A DNA stretch of 64,000 nucleotides from Synechococcus sp. (GCA_047285305.1 JBJBDL010000003.1:544001-608000), one strand, 5' to 3'. Shown: positions 30,321-41,661, numbered from the stretch's first letter. The notes: generated from the sequence alone by a model not told the origin. Numbers and translations are program-made.

Positions 30321-32252
30321 CTATCGAGCTTCTGCGGTGGGGGCGAGGGGTTGGCGTTCCCTTTGCTGCAGCTCCAGCCACATCAGCAGGGCGGTGATGT
30401 CGGCTTTGCTGACTCCAGGGATGCGGCTGGCCTGCCCCAGGGTGCTGGGTTGAATGGCCGTGAGCTTTTCGCGGGCTTCATTTGAGAGGGTGCCGATGCC
30501 GGAGTAGTTGAGATCTGCCGGCAGCTTGCGCTGGCTCTGGCGTTTCACCTGATCGATCTGCTGCTGCTGCCGTTGCAGGTAGCCGCTGTATTTGATGTCG
30601 ATTTCGGCGCCTTCGCGCACGGGCAGGGGCAGATCGGCATCGGCCAGGCCGTGGCGCACGAGATCGGCGGCGTGCATGCCGGGCCGGCGCAGCAGGTCGG
30701 CCAGGGTGATAGAGCCTTTGATCGCTGCACCGGTTTCCTTTTCCACGGCTGGGGCCACCGGATCGCTCACCTTGAGCCGCACGGTTTCCAGCCGCTGTTT
30801 TTCGCCCTCCATCGCCTGGAGTTTGTCTTCGAACAGCTGCCAGCGCCGGTCGTCGATCAGGCCCAGTTCACGGCCCAACGGTGTGAGGCGGCGGTCGGCG
30901 TTGTCACCCCGCAGGATCAGGCGGTATTCGCTGCGGCTGGTGAGCACTCGGTAGGGCTCGCGCAGGTCTTTGCTCACCAGATCGTCGATCATCGTGCCGA
31001 TATAGCTGCCCTCACGGGGGAAGTGCACCGGCTCCTGGCCGCCGATCAGTCGGGCGGCGTTGACGCCAGCCACCAGGCCCTGGGCAGCGGCTTCCTCATA
31101 GCCCGTGGTGCCATTGAGCTGGCCGGCGCTGAACAGGCCGCGAACCCGCTTGGTTTCCAGGGAAGGCTTGAGCTGGGTGGCAGGCAGATAGTCGTAATCC
31201 ACCGAGTAAGCCGGCCGCAGCATCACGGCGTGCTCCAGGCCAGGCAGGCTGCGCAGCAGTTGCAGCTGGATCGGTTCCGGCAGGCCGGTGGAGAAGCCCT
31301 GCACATAGATCTCTGGGGTGTCGCGCCCCTCCGGCTCGAGGAAGATCTGGTGGCTGTCCTTGTCCGCGAAGCGAACGATCTTGTCTTCGATTGAGGGGCA
31401 GTAGCGCGGGCCCTTGCTGTCGATCACGCCGCCGTAGATGGCGGTGAGGTGCAGGTTGTCGCGAATCAGTTGATGGGTTGCAGCGGTGGTGCGGGTGATG
31501 TGGCAGCTCATCTGCTCACCGCTCACCCAGGCGGCGGGGTCAAAGGAGAAGAAGCGATCGGCCGCATCGCTGGGCTGCTCTTCCAGCTGATCGAGGGCGA
31601 TGCTGCGCCGGTCCACCCGGGCGGGGGTGCCGGTTTTGAGCCGGTCGGTCTGGAAGCCGAGCTGCTGCAGCGCTTCGGTGAGGCCTACGGCGGCCTGCTC
31701 TCCAGCGCGGCCGGCAGCCATCGATTGATGCCCCACCCAGATGCGGCCGCTCAGGAAGGTACCGGCGGTGAGGATCACTGCTTCAGCGCCGTAGACGCTG
31801 CCGAAATAGGTGCGGATGCCGCTGATGCGTTGCTGGTCGCTTTCGCCAGTGGTTTCCAGGCCGGTCACCATCGCTTCGCGCAGGGCGAGGTTGGGGGTGT
31901 GCTGCAGCAGTTGCAGCATCTGGCGGGAATAGAGGCGCTTGTCGGTCTGGGCGCGCAGGGCCCACACCGCTGGGCCGCGGCTGGCGTTGAGGATGCGCTT
32001 CTGGATGGCGGTGGCATCGGCCAGGCGGCCGATCACCCCACCGAGGGCATCCACTTCATGGACGAGCTGGCTTTTGGCGGGGCCACCGACGGCCGGATTA
32101 CAGGGCTGCCAGGCGATGCGATCAAGATTGAGGCTGAACAGGGCGGTGTTCAGGCCCAGCCGGGCAGCCGTGATCGCCGCTTCACAACCGGCATGGCCGC
32201 CGCCGACCACGATCACGTCGAAGGATTCGGTTGAGGCGGCGCTGAAGCTCAT
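30321..32252 (-). CDS. mnmG: tRNA uridine-5-carboxymethylaminomethyl modification enzyme
   Basis: [45 protein letters not shown]. Confidence 0.98.
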   Translation of the reverse strand: MSFSAASTESFDVIVVGGGHAGCEAAITAARLGLNTALFSLNLDRIAWQPCNPAVGGPAKSQLVHEVDALGGVIGRLADATAIQKRILNASRGPAVWALRAQTDKRLYSRQMLQLLQHTPNLALREAMVTGLETTGESDQQRISGIRTYFGSVYGAEAVILTAGTFLSGRIWVGHQSMAAGRAGEQAAVGLTEALQQLGFQTDRLKTGTPARVDRRSIALDQLEEQPSDAADRFFSFDPAAWVSGEQMSCHITRTTAATHQLIRDNLHLTAIYGGVIDSKGPRYCPSIEDKIVRFADKDSHQIFLEPEGRDTPEIYVQGFSTGLPEPIQLQLLRSLPGLEHAVMLRPAYSVDYDYLPATQLKPSLETKRVRGLFSAGQLNGTTGYEEAAAQGLVAGVNAARLIGGQEPVHFPREGSYIGTMIDDLVSKDLREPYRVLTSRSEYRLILRGDNADRRLTPLGRELGLIDDRRWQLFEDKLQAMEGEKQRLETVRLKVSDPVAPAVEKETGAAIKGSITLADLLRRPGMHAADLVRHGLADADLPLPVREGAEIDIKYSGYLQRQQQQIDQVKRQSQRKLPADLNYSGIGTLSNEAREKLTAIQPSTLGQASRIPGVSKADITALLMWLELQQRERQPLAPTAEAR

Positions 32253-32273
32253 AGCTCCATTATCTGAGTTGGC

Positions 32274-33680
32274 TCAGGCCGCCAGGTTGCGGAAGCGGGT
32301 GAACTGAGGCTCGAACAGCAACTTCACTGTGCCCACCGGACCGTTGCGGTGTTTGGTCACAATCACTTCGGTGATGCCGCGGTCCGGTGTTTCCGGGTTG
32401 TAGTACTCGTCGCGGTAGATCATCAGCACCAGGTCTGCGTCCTGCTCGATCGAGCCCGATTCCCGCAGGTCGCTCAGCATCGGTCGCTTGTTGGTGCGTG
32501 CCTCCACACCCCGGCTCAGCTGGGAGAGGGCAATCACCGGCACATTCAGTTCCCGGGCCATCTGTTTCAGGCCCCGGGTGATGCGCGACAGCTCCTGCAC
32601 CCGGTTGTCGGAGCCTGATCCTTCCATCAGCTGCAGGTAGTCGATCATCACCAGCCCAAGCTCCTTGCCCTGTTCGGCCATCAGCCGCCGGCAGAGCGAG
32701 CGCATCTCCAGCACGCCGGAGTTGGGTTTGTCATCGATGAAGATCGGCAGTTGCCCCAGGCTGTTGATGCCCTGGCCCAGCAGCGGCCATTCCTCCTGCT
32801 GCAGGCGGCCGGTGCGCAGGCGGCCCGCTTCGATGCCCACCTCCATAGAGAGCAGGCGGTAGGTGAGCTGCTCCTTGCTCATCTCCAGAGAGAATAGGCA
32901 CACCGGCAGGTCGTGCAGCTGGGCCACGTTCTTGGCCAGGTTCAGCACGATCGAGGTTTTGCCCATGGCCGGCCGGCCGGCCACGATGATCAGGTCGCTG
33001 CGCTGCAGGCCCTGGGTCATCGCATCCAGGTCGTAGAAATTCACCGGGATGCCGGCCACCGAGGTGCCCAGCGAGCGGCTTTCGATCTCCTCAAAGGTCT
33101 GGGTGAGGATTTCGGCCGTGGGGGTAAGCCCCTTGGAGGGTTTCTCCTGGCTGATGGCAAAGATCTTTTGTTCCGCCTGGTCCAGCACCTGCTCCATCGG
33201 CAGGCTCTGATCAAAGCCCAGCTGGATCACTTCATTTCCGGTGCGGATTAGCTGGCGGCGCAGGAACTTGTCCATCACCAACCGAGCCACCTGCTCGATC
33301 GAGGCGGTGGACGGCACCCGCTCCACCAGCTCCACCAGTCGGTTGTTGCCGCCCACCTTCTCCAGGGCGCCGGTGTCGGCCAGCCAGGCGCTCATCGCGG
33401 TCAGATCCGTCGGCTTGCCCTGGCCGTGCAGCATCAGAGCGGTGCGGAAGATCTCCCGGTGGGCGTTCAGATAAAACGCTTCCGGCTGCAGCACATCGGC
33501 CACACGCCCGATTGCATCAGGATCCAGCAGGATGCCGCCCAGCACCGCTTCCTCGGCCTCCAGGTTCTGGGGCGGAAGCGAATCGGGCGGAGCCTCGAAA
33601 TTGGGCTCATCGTTGCGGCGGCCCTGGCCAAAACCACGGCGTCCCCCATCGTTGTTCTCTGGCAGGGGGACGCTCACCAT
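32274..33680 (-). CDS. dnaB: Replicative DNA helicase (no intein)
   Basis: GRPAMGKT, IDYLQLM, SDLRESGSIEQDAD uninterrupted. Confidence 0.98.
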   Translation of the reverse strand: MVSVPLPENNDGGRRGFGQGRRNDEPNFEAPPDSLPPQNLEAEEAVLGGILLDPDAIGRVADVLQPEAFYLNAHREIFRTALMLHGQGKPTDLTAMSAWLADTGALEKVGGNNRLVELVERVPSTASIEQVARLVMDKFLRRQLIRTGNEVIQLGFDQSLPMEQVLDQAEQKIFAISQEKPSKGLTPTAEILTQTFEEIESRSLGTSVAGIPVNFYDLDAMTQGLQRSDLIIVAGRPAMGKTSIVLNLAKNVAQLHDLPVCLFSLEMSKEQLTYRLLSMEVGIEAGRLRTGRLQQEEWPLLGQGINSLGQLPIFIDDKPNSGVLEMRSLCRRLMAEQGKELGLVMIDYLQLMEGSGSDNRVQELSRITRGLKQMARELNVPVIALSQLSRGVEARTNKRPMLSDLRESGSIEQDADLVLMIYRDEYYNPETPDRGITEVIVTKHRNGPVGTVKLLFEPQFTRFRNLAA

Positions 33681-33705
33681 GGCGGCAGGGCGTGAAGCGA
33701 AGGAA

Positions 33706-33740
33706 TCACACTCTGGCTCGAATGAGCCATTTGAGTGTGA
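33706..33740 (-). terminator. Long stem-loop between rplI and dnaB
   Basis: TCACACTC/GAGTGTGA outer stem and TGGCTC/GAGCCA inner stem with a 3-nt bulge. Confidence 0.55.
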
Positions 33741-33751
33741 ATTGACAGCGA

Positions 33752-34210
33752 TCAGTAGCCGACCACTTCAAGGTTGATCTCAGCGGTGACTTCGCTGTGC
33801 AGCTTCACCGTCACGGTGTACTTACCGGTGCGGTGGATCTCAGGCACCACGATGTCGCGTCGGTCGATCTCCTTCTTGGTGGCGGTTTCAATGGCCTCAG
33901 CCACGTCACCATTGGTGACGGTGCCGAACAGCACATTGTCTTCGCCGGTCTGCTTCTTCACGGTGAAGCGACCAATGGTGGAGAGGGCGGTCTTGAAGTC
34001 GACGGCTTCTTGCTTCAGGGCTGCCTGACGCTCAGCTTCCTTGGCCCGGCGGTGCTCCACCTGCTTCATCACCGCAGGTGTGAGGGGCACAGCTTTGCCG
34101 AAGGGCAGCAGGAAGTTACGGGCGTAACCCGGAGCCACTTCAACCAGGTCTCCGTCCTTGCCGAGGCTGAGGACGTCCTCATTCAGAACGACTTGTACAC
34201 GCTTAGGCAT
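33752..34210 (-). CDS. rplI: 50S ribosomal protein L9
   Basis: [27 protein letters not shown]. Confidence 0.98.
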   Translation of the reverse strand: MPKRVQVVLNEDVLSLGKDGDLVEVAPGYARNFLLPFGKAVPLTPAVMKQVEHRRAKEAERQAALKQEAVDFKTALSTIGRFTVKKQTGEDNVLFGTVTNGDVAEAIETATKKEIDRRDIVVPEIHRTGKYTVTVKLHSEVTAEINLEVVGY

Positions 34211-34288
34211 GGGACCGGTATGAGGGATGGAGACGGGTGCGATCGACCACGTTACGACGTGGCCTGTTGTTGAAGGTTGCTTTGAGCC

Positions 34289-35200
34289 TCAGGAGGCTCC
34301 GGGGACGTAGCGGGCCGTGCGGATCCGGCTGGCTAGTCCGAGGCGCTTAAGCAGGCGCACGTGCTGCCAGGTGAGATCGAACTCAAACCAACGCAAACCA
34401 TGGCGAGCACTGGCCGGATGGGCGTGGTGGTTGTTGTGCCACCCCTCACCGAAGGAGAGCAGTGCCACCCACCAGCAGTTGCGGGACAGGTCGGGGCAAT
34501 CGAAATTTCGGTAGCCGAAGGCGTGGGTGGCGGAGTTCACAAGCCAAGTCACGTGATACACGACTACGAGGCGCAGAGGAATGGCCCACAGCACCAGGCC
34601 AAGGCCACCGCCGTGCACCTGGGCGGCTTCACCGAACCAATAGAGCCCTAGGCCCAGGGGGATCTGTAGCAGCAGGAACCAGCGGTCGAGCCACCGGTAA
34701 AAGGGGTCGCATTGAAGGTCGCCGGCGTAGCGGTCGAGTTCCTTCAGCGCCGGGATGTCGTGCAGCATCCACTCGCTGTGGGCCCACCACAGGCCACGGC
34801 CAGCGTCGTGGTGATCCGTGGGCTGATCTGAAAAACGGTGGTGATGACGGTGCAGACCCACCCATTCGATCGGGCCGCTTTGGCAGGCCAGGGTGCCCAT
34901 TATGACCAGGATGCGCTCAACCCATACCGGCACCACCAGGCTGCGGTGCGCCACCAGACGGTGCAGGCCCAGGGTGACGCCCAGCACCGTCATCCAATAG
35001 AGAACTCCGAAGGCCACAACGCCCTGCCAGCTCCAGAAGCGCGGCAGCAGCGCCACAGTGGCGAGCACGTGCATCACCAGCATGAAGCTGGTGGTTCCCA
35101 TCTTCAATTTGCGCTGACGCGCTGGCAGTGGGTCGCGCGGTGCCATCACCGCGGCCCGCTGCCGAAGCTCGCGGGTGTCAGCTGTTTGCGAGGAAACCAA
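34289..35200 (-). CDS. desC: Delta-9 acyl-lipid desaturase
   Basis: His boxes HRLVAH, HRHHH, HNNHH; TTG start is uncertain. Confidence 0.9.
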   Translation of the reverse strand: MVSSQTADTRELRQRAAVMAPRDPLPARQRKLKMGTTSFMLVMHVLATVALLPRFWSWQGVVAFGVLYWMTVLGVTLGLHRLVAHRSLVVPVWVERILVIMGTLACQSGPIEWVGLHRHHHRFSDQPTDHHDAGRGLWWAHSEWMLHDIPALKELDRYAGDLQCDPFYRWLDRWFLLLQIPLGLGLYWFGEAAQVHGGGLGLVLWAIPLRLVVVYHVTWLVNSATHAFGYRNFDCPDLSRNCWWVALLSFGEGWHNNHHAHPASARHGLRWFEFDLTWQHVRLLKRLGLASRIRTARYVPGAS

Positions 35201-35347
35201 GCGGATTCTCCTTGGATTGACAAAGCCGCTCAGACAGGAAAACCAGGGAGCGGATGGTGCCGTTAGTGACAGAAATCTAAAGGAGTTGCCGCATCGCAGC
35301 GGCCTCGCTGGTTGTGAATTTTGGCGTTGGCCAGGGTTTAGGAAGGC

Positions 35348-36640
35348 ATGACATCCGTCAGGCAAGTGGTGATCAGTGCATTTGCAGAGGACCTGATCAA
35401 CGCGGTGGCGCGGGAGCAGGCCGACCTTGCTGCAGCGAGGTCGGCGGCGGTGGAGCAACGCCTGCTGCGCGTGTTGGAGGCCCTGGCGGCGGAGCGCGTT
35501 GGAACTCAGCACTTTGCGTCGCTCACTGGTTACGGCCACGGGGATCAGGGCCGTGAGGTGGTGGATCGGGTCTTTGCCCGCGTGCTGGGGGCTGAAGCTG
35601 CCGCGGTGCGCCTGCAATTCGTCAGCGGCACCCATGCCATCGCCGCCGCGCTGTTCGGGGTGTTGCGGCCCGGTGATCGTCTGCTCTCAATCACGGGTCG
35701 TCCCTACGACACCCTTGAGGAGGTGATCGGTCTTCGCGGCAAGGGCCAGGGTTCCCTGGCGGAATTCGGGGTTGCCTACGACGAAATCGATCTGCAGCCG
35801 GATGGGGCGGTGGATGAGGCGGCTTTGAACCAGGCCCTGGAGCATCCCTGCCGGATGGTGTTGATCCAGCGCAGCTGTGGCTACAGCTGGCGTCCCTCGG
35901 TCACGGTTGAGCAGATCGCTGGGCTGTGTGAGCGCATTCATGCCCGTCAGCCCGACTGCGTTGTCTTCGTCGACAACTGTTACGGCGAGTTGGTGCAGGA
36001 GCAGGAGCCGACGGCGGTTGGGGCGGATCTGATCGCTGGTTCGTTGATCAAGAACCTCGGCGGCACCATCGCCCCCACCGGCGGCTACATCGCTGGACGG
36101 GCCGATCTGGTGGAGCAGGCCTGCTGCCGGCTCACGGCGCCGGGCATCGGCAGTGAGGGCGGCACGGGATTTGACCTGCAGCGGCTGGTGCTGCAGGGGC
36201 TGTTCTTGGCACCGCAAATGGTGTCGGAGGCTTTGATTGGCGCCGATCTGGTGGCAGGGGTGTTTGAGCGGCTGGGCTTCCCCGTGAATCCAGCGCCCGG
36301 GGCCGTGCGCAGCGATTTGATTCAGGCGGTGCAGCTGGGCAGTCCGGATGCCCTAAAGGTGGCGTGCCGTGCCTTCCAGGCGATGTCACCCATCGGTGCC
36401 TACCTAGATCCGGTGCCGGCCTCGATGCCGGGTTATGCCTCGGATCTGGTGATGGCCGGTGGAACCTTCATCGACGGCTCCACCAGTGAATTTTCGGCCG
36501 ATGCGCCGCTGCGGGAACCGTTCAACCTCTACGTGCAGGGCGGCACCCATCGCGCCCACGTCCGCCTGGCCCTCTCCCGTGCGTTGTGTGACCTCATTGC
36601 GGCAGGACTGATCAATCTCCCGCAGACTGGGACCACCTGA
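35348..36640 (+). CDS. PLP-dependent methionine gamma-lyase / aluminium-resistance family protein
   Basis: FVSGTHAI, DNCYGE, GSLIKNLGG, MAGGTFIDGSTSEFSAD. Confidence 0.9.
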   Translation: MTSVRQVVISAFAEDLINAVAREQADLAAARSAAVEQRLLRVLEALAAERVGTQHFASLTGYGHGDQGREVVDRVFARVLGAEAAAVRLQFVSGTHAIAAALFGVLRPGDRLLSITGRPYDTLEEVIGLRGKGQGSLAEFGVAYDEIDLQPDGAVDEAALNQALEHPCRMVLIQRSCGYSWRPSVTVEQIAGLCERIHARQPDCVVFVDNCYGELVQEQEPTAVGADLIAGSLIKNLGGTIAPTGGYIAGRADLVEQACCRLTAPGIGSEGGTGFDLQRLVLQGLFLAPQMVSEALIGADLVAGVFERLGFPVNPAPGAVRSDLIQAVQLGSPDALKVACRAFQAMSPIGAYLDPVPASMPGYASDLVMAGGTFIDGSTSEFSADAPLREPFNLYVQGGTHRAHVRLALSRALCDLIAAGLINLPQTGTT

Positions 36641-36650
36641 AACTGCGTCG

Positions 36651-37040
36651 ATGGCGTTCGCGTTCCCCGACTCTTTTCGCTTCGCCGACAGCCACGAGTA
36701 CGCCAACTTTGATGGTGAGCTTGTGCGGGTGGGCATCAGTGCCTTCGCCGTTGATCAGCTGGGCGACATCGTGTTCGTGGATCTGCCTGATGTGGGCGCC
36801 AGCCTGGCTAAGGGCACCAGCTTTGGCTCGGTGGAGTCAGTGAAGGCTGTGGAAGACATGTATGCACCGATTGCTGGTGAGGTGGTGCAACGCAATGAAG
36901 CGGTGCTGGCCAGTCCGGAGGAACTGCAGAACGACCCCCACGGTGAGGGATGGCTGCTGGTGCTGCGTCCGTCGGATTCCTCCCAGCTGAACAGCCTGAT
37001 GACCGCCGAGGCCTACGGCACCAAGGTCAACGCCGGCTGA
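36651..37040 (+). CDS. gcvH: Glycine cleavage system H protein
   Basis: [16 protein letters not shown] lipoyl site. Confidence 0.97.
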   Translation: MAFAFPDSFRFADSHEYANFDGELVRVGISAFAVDQLGDIVFVDLPDVGASLAKGTSFGSVESVKAVEDMYAPIAGEVVQRNEAVLASPEELQNDPHGEGWLLVLRPSDSSQLNSLMTAEAYGTKVNAG

Positions 37041-37098
37041 CATCAACGCTGGCTGTCATCAGCGCCGGGGCTTCGCTCTTACGATCGGTCGGCGGGCT

Positions 37099-39981
37099 GT
37101 GCATTCGACGTTGACTTCTCCTTTTGCGCAGCGGCACATCGGCCCGAGTGAGGCGGAACAGCTCCGCATGCTCAATGCCCTTGGCTACAGCGATCTGCAG
37201 GAGTTCATCGCTGATGTCGTGCCCGCTGACATCCTTGATTCCAATCCGCCGGTTGAGGCCTTGCCCGAGGGTTGTGGGGAGGCTGAGGCGCTCCTGCAGC
37301 TGAAGCAGTTGAGCGAAACCAACACGCTGCGTCGTTCTCTGATCGGGCTGGGCTACCACGGCACTGCGACCCCGGCCCTTATCCAGCGCCACGTTTTTGA
37401 AAATCCGGCCTGGTACACCGCCTACACCCCCTACCAGGCGGAAATCGCCCAAGGTCGTCTGGAGGCCCTGCTCAACTTTCAAACCCTGATCAGTGAGCTC
37501 ACGGGATTGCCGATCGCCAACGCGTCGCTGCTTGATGAAGCCACCGCCGCTGCGGAGGCGATGAGCCTCAGCTTCGGGGTCTGCCGACGCCCTGAGGCGA
37601 CAAGGTTCCTGGTGGATGCCAATGTGCTGCCTCAGACCTGGGCGGTGCTGCAGACCCGCGCCGAACCCCTCGGCATCAACCTTGAGCGGATCGACCCGGC
37701 CACGGCGCCGATCGATGCGTCGGTGTTTGGTGTTTTGCTGCAGTTGCCTGGTTCCGATGGATGCTTTTGGGATCCATCCGCCGTGATCGAAGCGGCCCAC
37801 GCCGCCGGTGCCTTGGTCACCGTGGCGATCGATCCCCTGGCGCAGACCCTGATGGCGCCCGTGGGATCCCTCGGAGCCGACATTGCTGTGGGCAGCGCCC
37901 AACGCCTGGGGGTGCCGATGGGATTTGGTGGTCCTCATGCCGCCTTCTTCGCCACCGTTGAGGCCTACAAGCGCCAGATCCCTGGTCGTCTTGTGGGGCA
38001 GTCCAAGGATGCGGAAGGCCGTTCGGCCCTGCGCTTGGCGCTGCAAACCCGCGAGCAGCACATCCGTCGCGACAAGGCCACCAGCAACATCTGCACGGCC
38101 CAGGTGCTGCTTGCCGTGATGGCTTCGTTTTACGCGGTCCACCATGGCCCTGATGGTCTGCAGGCCATCGCCCAGCGCATTGCTGGCCTGCGCAGCCAGT
38201 TGGAGCAGGGTCTGCGGGCCCTGGGTTATCCGCTGGAGCTGGCCGATCGCTTCGACACCGTCACCGTGCACTGTGCGTCGGCACCGGCTGTGCACCGCGC
38301 TGCCGCAGTTGCTGGTTTCAATCTGAGGGTGCTGCCAGATGATGCAGCGCCGGCGGACGCCACCGGATTCGGCATCAGCCTCGATGAGCTCTCGGATCAA
38401 CAGGAGCTGCAAGCCCTGCTCGCACTGCTGGCGGAGGCCTGCGGTCAGGCCACCCCGCAGCTTGAGGCTGAGCAGCCCCCGTCTCTCTCCCTGCCGCGGC
38501 GCAGCCAGCCCTGGCTTAGCCAGCCGGTTTTTCATCAGTACCGGAGCGAATCAGAACTGTTGCGCTACATCCAGCGGTTGGTGAGCCGTGATCTCTCGCT
38601 GGTGCACGGGATGATTCCGTTGGGCAGCTGCACCATGAAGCTCAACGCCGCCGCTGAGCTGCAGCCGGTGAGCTGGCCAGCGTTTGCGGCCTTGCATCCC
38701 TTTGCCCCAGCCGATCAGGCCCAGGGATATCGGAGTCTGGCCGATGATCTGGAGCAATGGCTGGCCGCCCTGACGGGCTTTGCCGCCGTGTCGTTGCAGC
38801 CCAATGCCGGTTCCCAGGGCGAATATGCCGGGTTGCTGGTGATTCGCGCCTGGCACCGCTCCCGCGGTGAAGCCCATCGCGATATCTGTCTGATCCCCAC
38901 CAGCGCCCATGGCACTAACCCCGCCAGTGCCGTGATGGCTGGCCTCAAAGTGGTGGCTGTCGCCTGTGATGAAGAGGGCAACATCGATCAGCAGGATCTG
39001 GCGGCGAAGGCGGCCGAGTACGCCGATCGGCTGGCGGCGCTGATGGTCACCTACCCCTCCACCCACGGCGTGTTTGAAACCGGCATCCGTGAGATCTGCG
39101 CGGTGGTGCATCGGCACGGGGGCCAGGTGTACCTCGATGGGGCCAACCTCAATGCCCAGGTGGGGCTGTGTCGTCCCGGTGCCTTCGGTGCCGATGTCTG
39201 CCACCTCAACCTGCACAAAACCTTCTGCATCCCCCATGGGGGCGGTGGCCCTGGCGTGGGACCCATTGGTGTGGCGGCGCATCTGGCGCCCTTCTTGCCG
39301 GGGCACCCCTTTCAGGCCGGCGCCGCATCGTCCATTGGTCCGGTGTCCGCAGCTGCGCTCGGCAGCGCCAGCATCCTGCCGATCAGCTGGATGTACCTGC
39401 GGATGATGGGGGCGGAGGCCCTACGGCAGGCCAGTGCCGTGGCGCTGTTGTCGGCCAACTACCTCGCCCATCGGCTTGATGTCTCGTACCCCGTGCTGTT
39501 TCGGGGCAGCACCGGGCGGGTGGCCCATGAATGCATCCTTGACCTGCGCCCGCTGAAGCGGGATGCGGGGATCGATGTGGATGACATCGCCAAGCGTTTG
39601 ATGGATTACGGCTTCCATGCGCCCACCGTCAGCTGGCCGGTGGCCGGCACGGTGATGGTGGAGCCCACCGAAAGCGAAAGCCTGGCGGAGTTGGATCGTT
39701 TTGCCGATGCCCTGGTGGCGATCCGCGAGGAGATTCGCGCCATTGAAACCGGCACCAGCGACCCTCAGAACAACCCGCTCAAACGTGCTCCTCACACCCT
39801 GGCGGCCGTCACAGCGGATAACTGGGATCGTCCCTACAGCCGTCAGCAGGCTGCTTTCCCTATGGAGGGGCAGCAGGAGAGCAAGGTTTGGCCCGCGGTG
39901 GCACGGATTGATAACGCCTTTGGTGATCGCAACCTGGTGTGCACCTGTCCGTCGGTGGAAGCGGTTGCTGTGGCGGCTTGA
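37099..39981 (+). CDS. gcvP: Glycine dehydrogenase (decarboxylating)
   Basis: [31 protein letters not shown]. Confidence 0.98.
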   Translation: MHSTLTSPFAQRHIGPSEAEQLRMLNALGYSDLQEFIADVVPADILDSNPPVEALPEGCGEAEALLQLKQLSETNTLRRSLIGLGYHGTATPALIQRHVFENPAWYTAYTPYQAEIAQGRLEALLNFQTLISELTGLPIANASLLDEATAAAEAMSLSFGVCRRPEATRFLVDANVLPQTWAVLQTRAEPLGINLERIDPATAPIDASVFGVLLQLPGSDGCFWDPSAVIEAAHAAGALVTVAIDPLAQTLMAPVGSLGADIAVGSAQRLGVPMGFGGPHAAFFATVEAYKRQIPGRLVGQSKDAEGRSALRLALQTREQHIRRDKATSNICTAQVLLAVMASFYAVHHGPDGLQAIAQRIAGLRSQLEQGLRALGYPLELADRFDTVTVHCASAPAVHRAAAVAGFNLRVLPDDAAPADATGFGISLDELSDQQELQALLALLAEACGQATPQLEAEQPPSLSLPRRSQPWLSQPVFHQYRSESELLRYIQRLVSRDLSLVHGMIPLGSCTMKLNAAAELQPVSWPAFAALHPFAPADQAQGYRSLADDLEQWLAALTGFAAVSLQPNAGSQGEYAGLLVIRAWHRSRGEAHRDICLIPTSAHGTNPASAVMAGLKVVAVACDEEGNIDQQDLAAKAAEYADRLAALMVTYPSTHGVFETGIREICAVVHRHGGQVYLDGANLNAQVGLCRPGAFGADVCHLNLHKTFCIPHGGGGPGVGPIGVAAHLAPFLPGHPFQAGAASSIGPVSAAALGSASILPISWMYLRMMGAEALRQASAVALLSANYLAHRLDVSYPVLFRGSTGRVAHECILDLRPLKRDAGIDVDDIAKRLMDYGFHAPTVSWPVAGTVMVEPTESESLAELDRFADALVAIREEIRAIETGTSDPQNNPLKRAPHTLAAVTADNWDRPYSRQQAAFPMEGQQESKVWPAVARIDNAFGDRNLVCTCPSVEAVAVAA

Positions 39982-40110
39982 AGCCCTGGTGCAAGGGGTT
40001 CAGAGCGTGTAAATTTTCACTGAAAGTGGAAAAATTGGTTTGATTCCGCTCATCGCCCTTGCGAGTTCGGTCAAACTATTCGACAACTGATTCGTCTGTC
40101 GGGGGACACC

Positions 40111-40365
40111 ATGGATCGGGACAACAACAAGAAATCTGCGCTGAGCAGCGTTGAAGGGCCTGCCCTTCCTCAACTTCCAGATGGTCTGGAATCGGCCTTC
40201 AATCGCGGCCACACCTTGTCAATTGAAGGAACCAATGTGATTCGGGTTCCCTTTGGCACGCGCCGTTCCCGTCGCAGCCGCCCCGAGCGGCCCGATCATT
40301 GGGCCACCCTCGTGATTCCTCTTCAACCGGTGGGCGATCCCTCTCCACCGCCGGCAGCGGCCTGA
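40111..40365 (+). CDS. Conserved hypothetical protein
   Basis: EGTNVIRVPFG..R..RPERPDHWATLVIP. Confidence 0.65.
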   Translation: MDRDNNKKSALSSVEGPALPQLPDGLESAFNRGHTLSIEGTNVIRVPFGTRRSRRSRPERPDHWATLVIPLQPVGDPSPPPAAA

Positions 40366-40367
40366 GT

Positions 40368-40574
40368 TCAGGCCACGCCGATTTCAGATTTTTCTTGGGC
40401 AAGACGCCAGTCCAGCAGGGCTTTGACGTCGGCCAAAGAGCAAGTTGGTGTGCGGAAGGGCAGCAATCGCATCGGGCTGCGTTCCGGCCTCACCAGCCAG
40501 CTGCGGTTGGTTTGAGGCATTAAAAGAAAGCCGCGGTACCGAACCGAGGCCTCCTGGCCGTTCATGAATCCCAT
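40368..40574 (-). CDS. Conserved hypothetical protein
   Basis: YRGFLLMPQTNRSWLVRPERSPM.LLPFRT. Confidence 0.7.
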   Translation of the reverse strand: MGFMNGQEASVRYRGFLLMPQTNRSWLVRPERSPMRLLPFRTPTCSLADVKALLDWRLAQEKSEIGVA

Positions 40575-40663
40575 CGCTCTAGGGATTGTTTGGAATTAAC
40601 TCCGTCATTTCAGGGCAAAAGATCTGGTGTCTCGCACTTGCACCAGATCTTTTCCGGATTGCA

Positions 40664-41419
40664 TCACGCCAGGGCAAACAGCAGCACGTCGGCGCCTTCA
40701 CTGAGGCCAATCAGTGCGCCTTGCGTTGCTGCCTCCTGGATCAGGCCCACCCCATCGCCCCGCCGTAGTGACTGCTTCGGGGAGCCTTCACTGTTGAGCG
40801 TCAGCTCCCCATCAATCACCTGAAGCCAGAGCCATCGTTCTTCGGCGGCGGGCAATAGCAAGTGCTGTTGGCGTAGCGGTTGGGCACGCCAGAGGCGCAC
40901 GCGACGTTCGATGGCCATCGCGTCGCCCGTGGCGTCTGGCTCAATCAGGGGCGTCCAGCCCTCGCCGATCGCGAAGGGTTTCTGCTCGTAGGCGGGCTGG
41001 ATGCCCAGTTGTGCCGGCTCAATCCAGATCTGTAGCAGCCTGCAGGGCTCGCCGGTTTGATTGATCTCGCTGTGCACGATGCCTCTGCCAGCACTCATCC
41101 GCTGCACCTCGCCGGCGTGCAGTACCGCGCTGTTGCCCATCGAGTCGGCATGGGTCAGGGCCCCCTCCACCATCACCGTGATGATTTCCATGTCCCGGTG
41201 GGGGTGCATGCCGAAACCCTGGCCTGCAGCAATGGTGTCGTCGTTGATCACCCGCAGGGGGCCGAAGCCCATCCAGTTCGGATCCTGATGGCTGCCGAAG
41301 CTGAAGCTGTGCCAGGAATCGAGCCAGTCCAGTCGGCTGTGAAAGCGCTGGTCTGCGGGTCGCAGGCTCACGGTTGACCTGTTGGCGTGTTGACGTATTG
41401 GCGGGGCCGTCCGGGACAT
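40664..41419 (-). CDS. Pirin-family protein
   Basis: HSFSF, LRVINDD, HPHRDMEI, MSAG.GIVHSE. Confidence 0.93.
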   Translation of the reverse strand: MSRTAPPIRQHANRSTVSLRPADQRFHSRLDWLDSWHSFSFGSHQDPNWMGFGPLRVINDDTIAAGQGFGMHPHRDMEIITVMVEGALTHADSMGNSAVLHAGEVQRMSAGRGIVHSEINQTGEPCRLLQIWIEPAQLGIQPAYEQKPFAIGEGWTPLIEPDATGDAMAIERRVRLWRAQPLRQQHLLLPAAEERWLWLQVIDGELTLNSEGSPKQSLRRGDGVGLIQEAATQGALIGLSEGADVLLFALA

Positions 41420-41427
41420 CGAGGTGC

Positions 41428-41568
41428 TCAGAGTTGGAGGGGTTGCATCTGCAGAAGCCTCTGCACCAGGTCGTTGATGCTGTCGTCCTGGGCTGGTTTG
41501 GCGTGCAGCTGACGCCTCACCACCTGAGCCTCGAGGTTGGCGTGGGTGGAAGGCTTGGAAAGGCCCGT
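41428..41568 (-). pseudogene. Deletion-fusion remnant of a rubrerythrin 5' end and an NADPH-dependent FMN reductase 3' end
   Basis: (ACG)GLSKPSTHANLEA|QVVRRQLHAKPAQDDSINDLVQRLLQMQPLQL*; the halves resemble recalled termini of the two genes that usually lie between flv1 and pirin. Confidence 0.7.
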
Positions 41569-41605
41569 CGATTGCGCCGGGGATCGTTCCGTCAGCCTAG
41601 CCCTA

Positions 41606-41624
41606 ACTCATAGTGAGTATGAGT
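41606..41624. promoter_or_regulatory. Palindromic operator candidate ACTCATA-N5-TATGAGT
   Basis: Perfect 7-5-7 AT-rich inverted repeat about 40 bp upstream of the remnant. Confidence 0.45.
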
Positions 41625-41661
41625 AAGTAGGGAGTTTGGCTTGACGGCTCAGCGTGTCAGC

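Noticed and set aside
32274..33680. Intein in dnaB
   Set aside because: Normal length of 468 aa with contiguous motifs
36640..37099. Glycine riboswitch at gcvH/gcvP
   Set aside because: Intergenic gaps (10 and 58 bp) are too short and lack aptamer motifs
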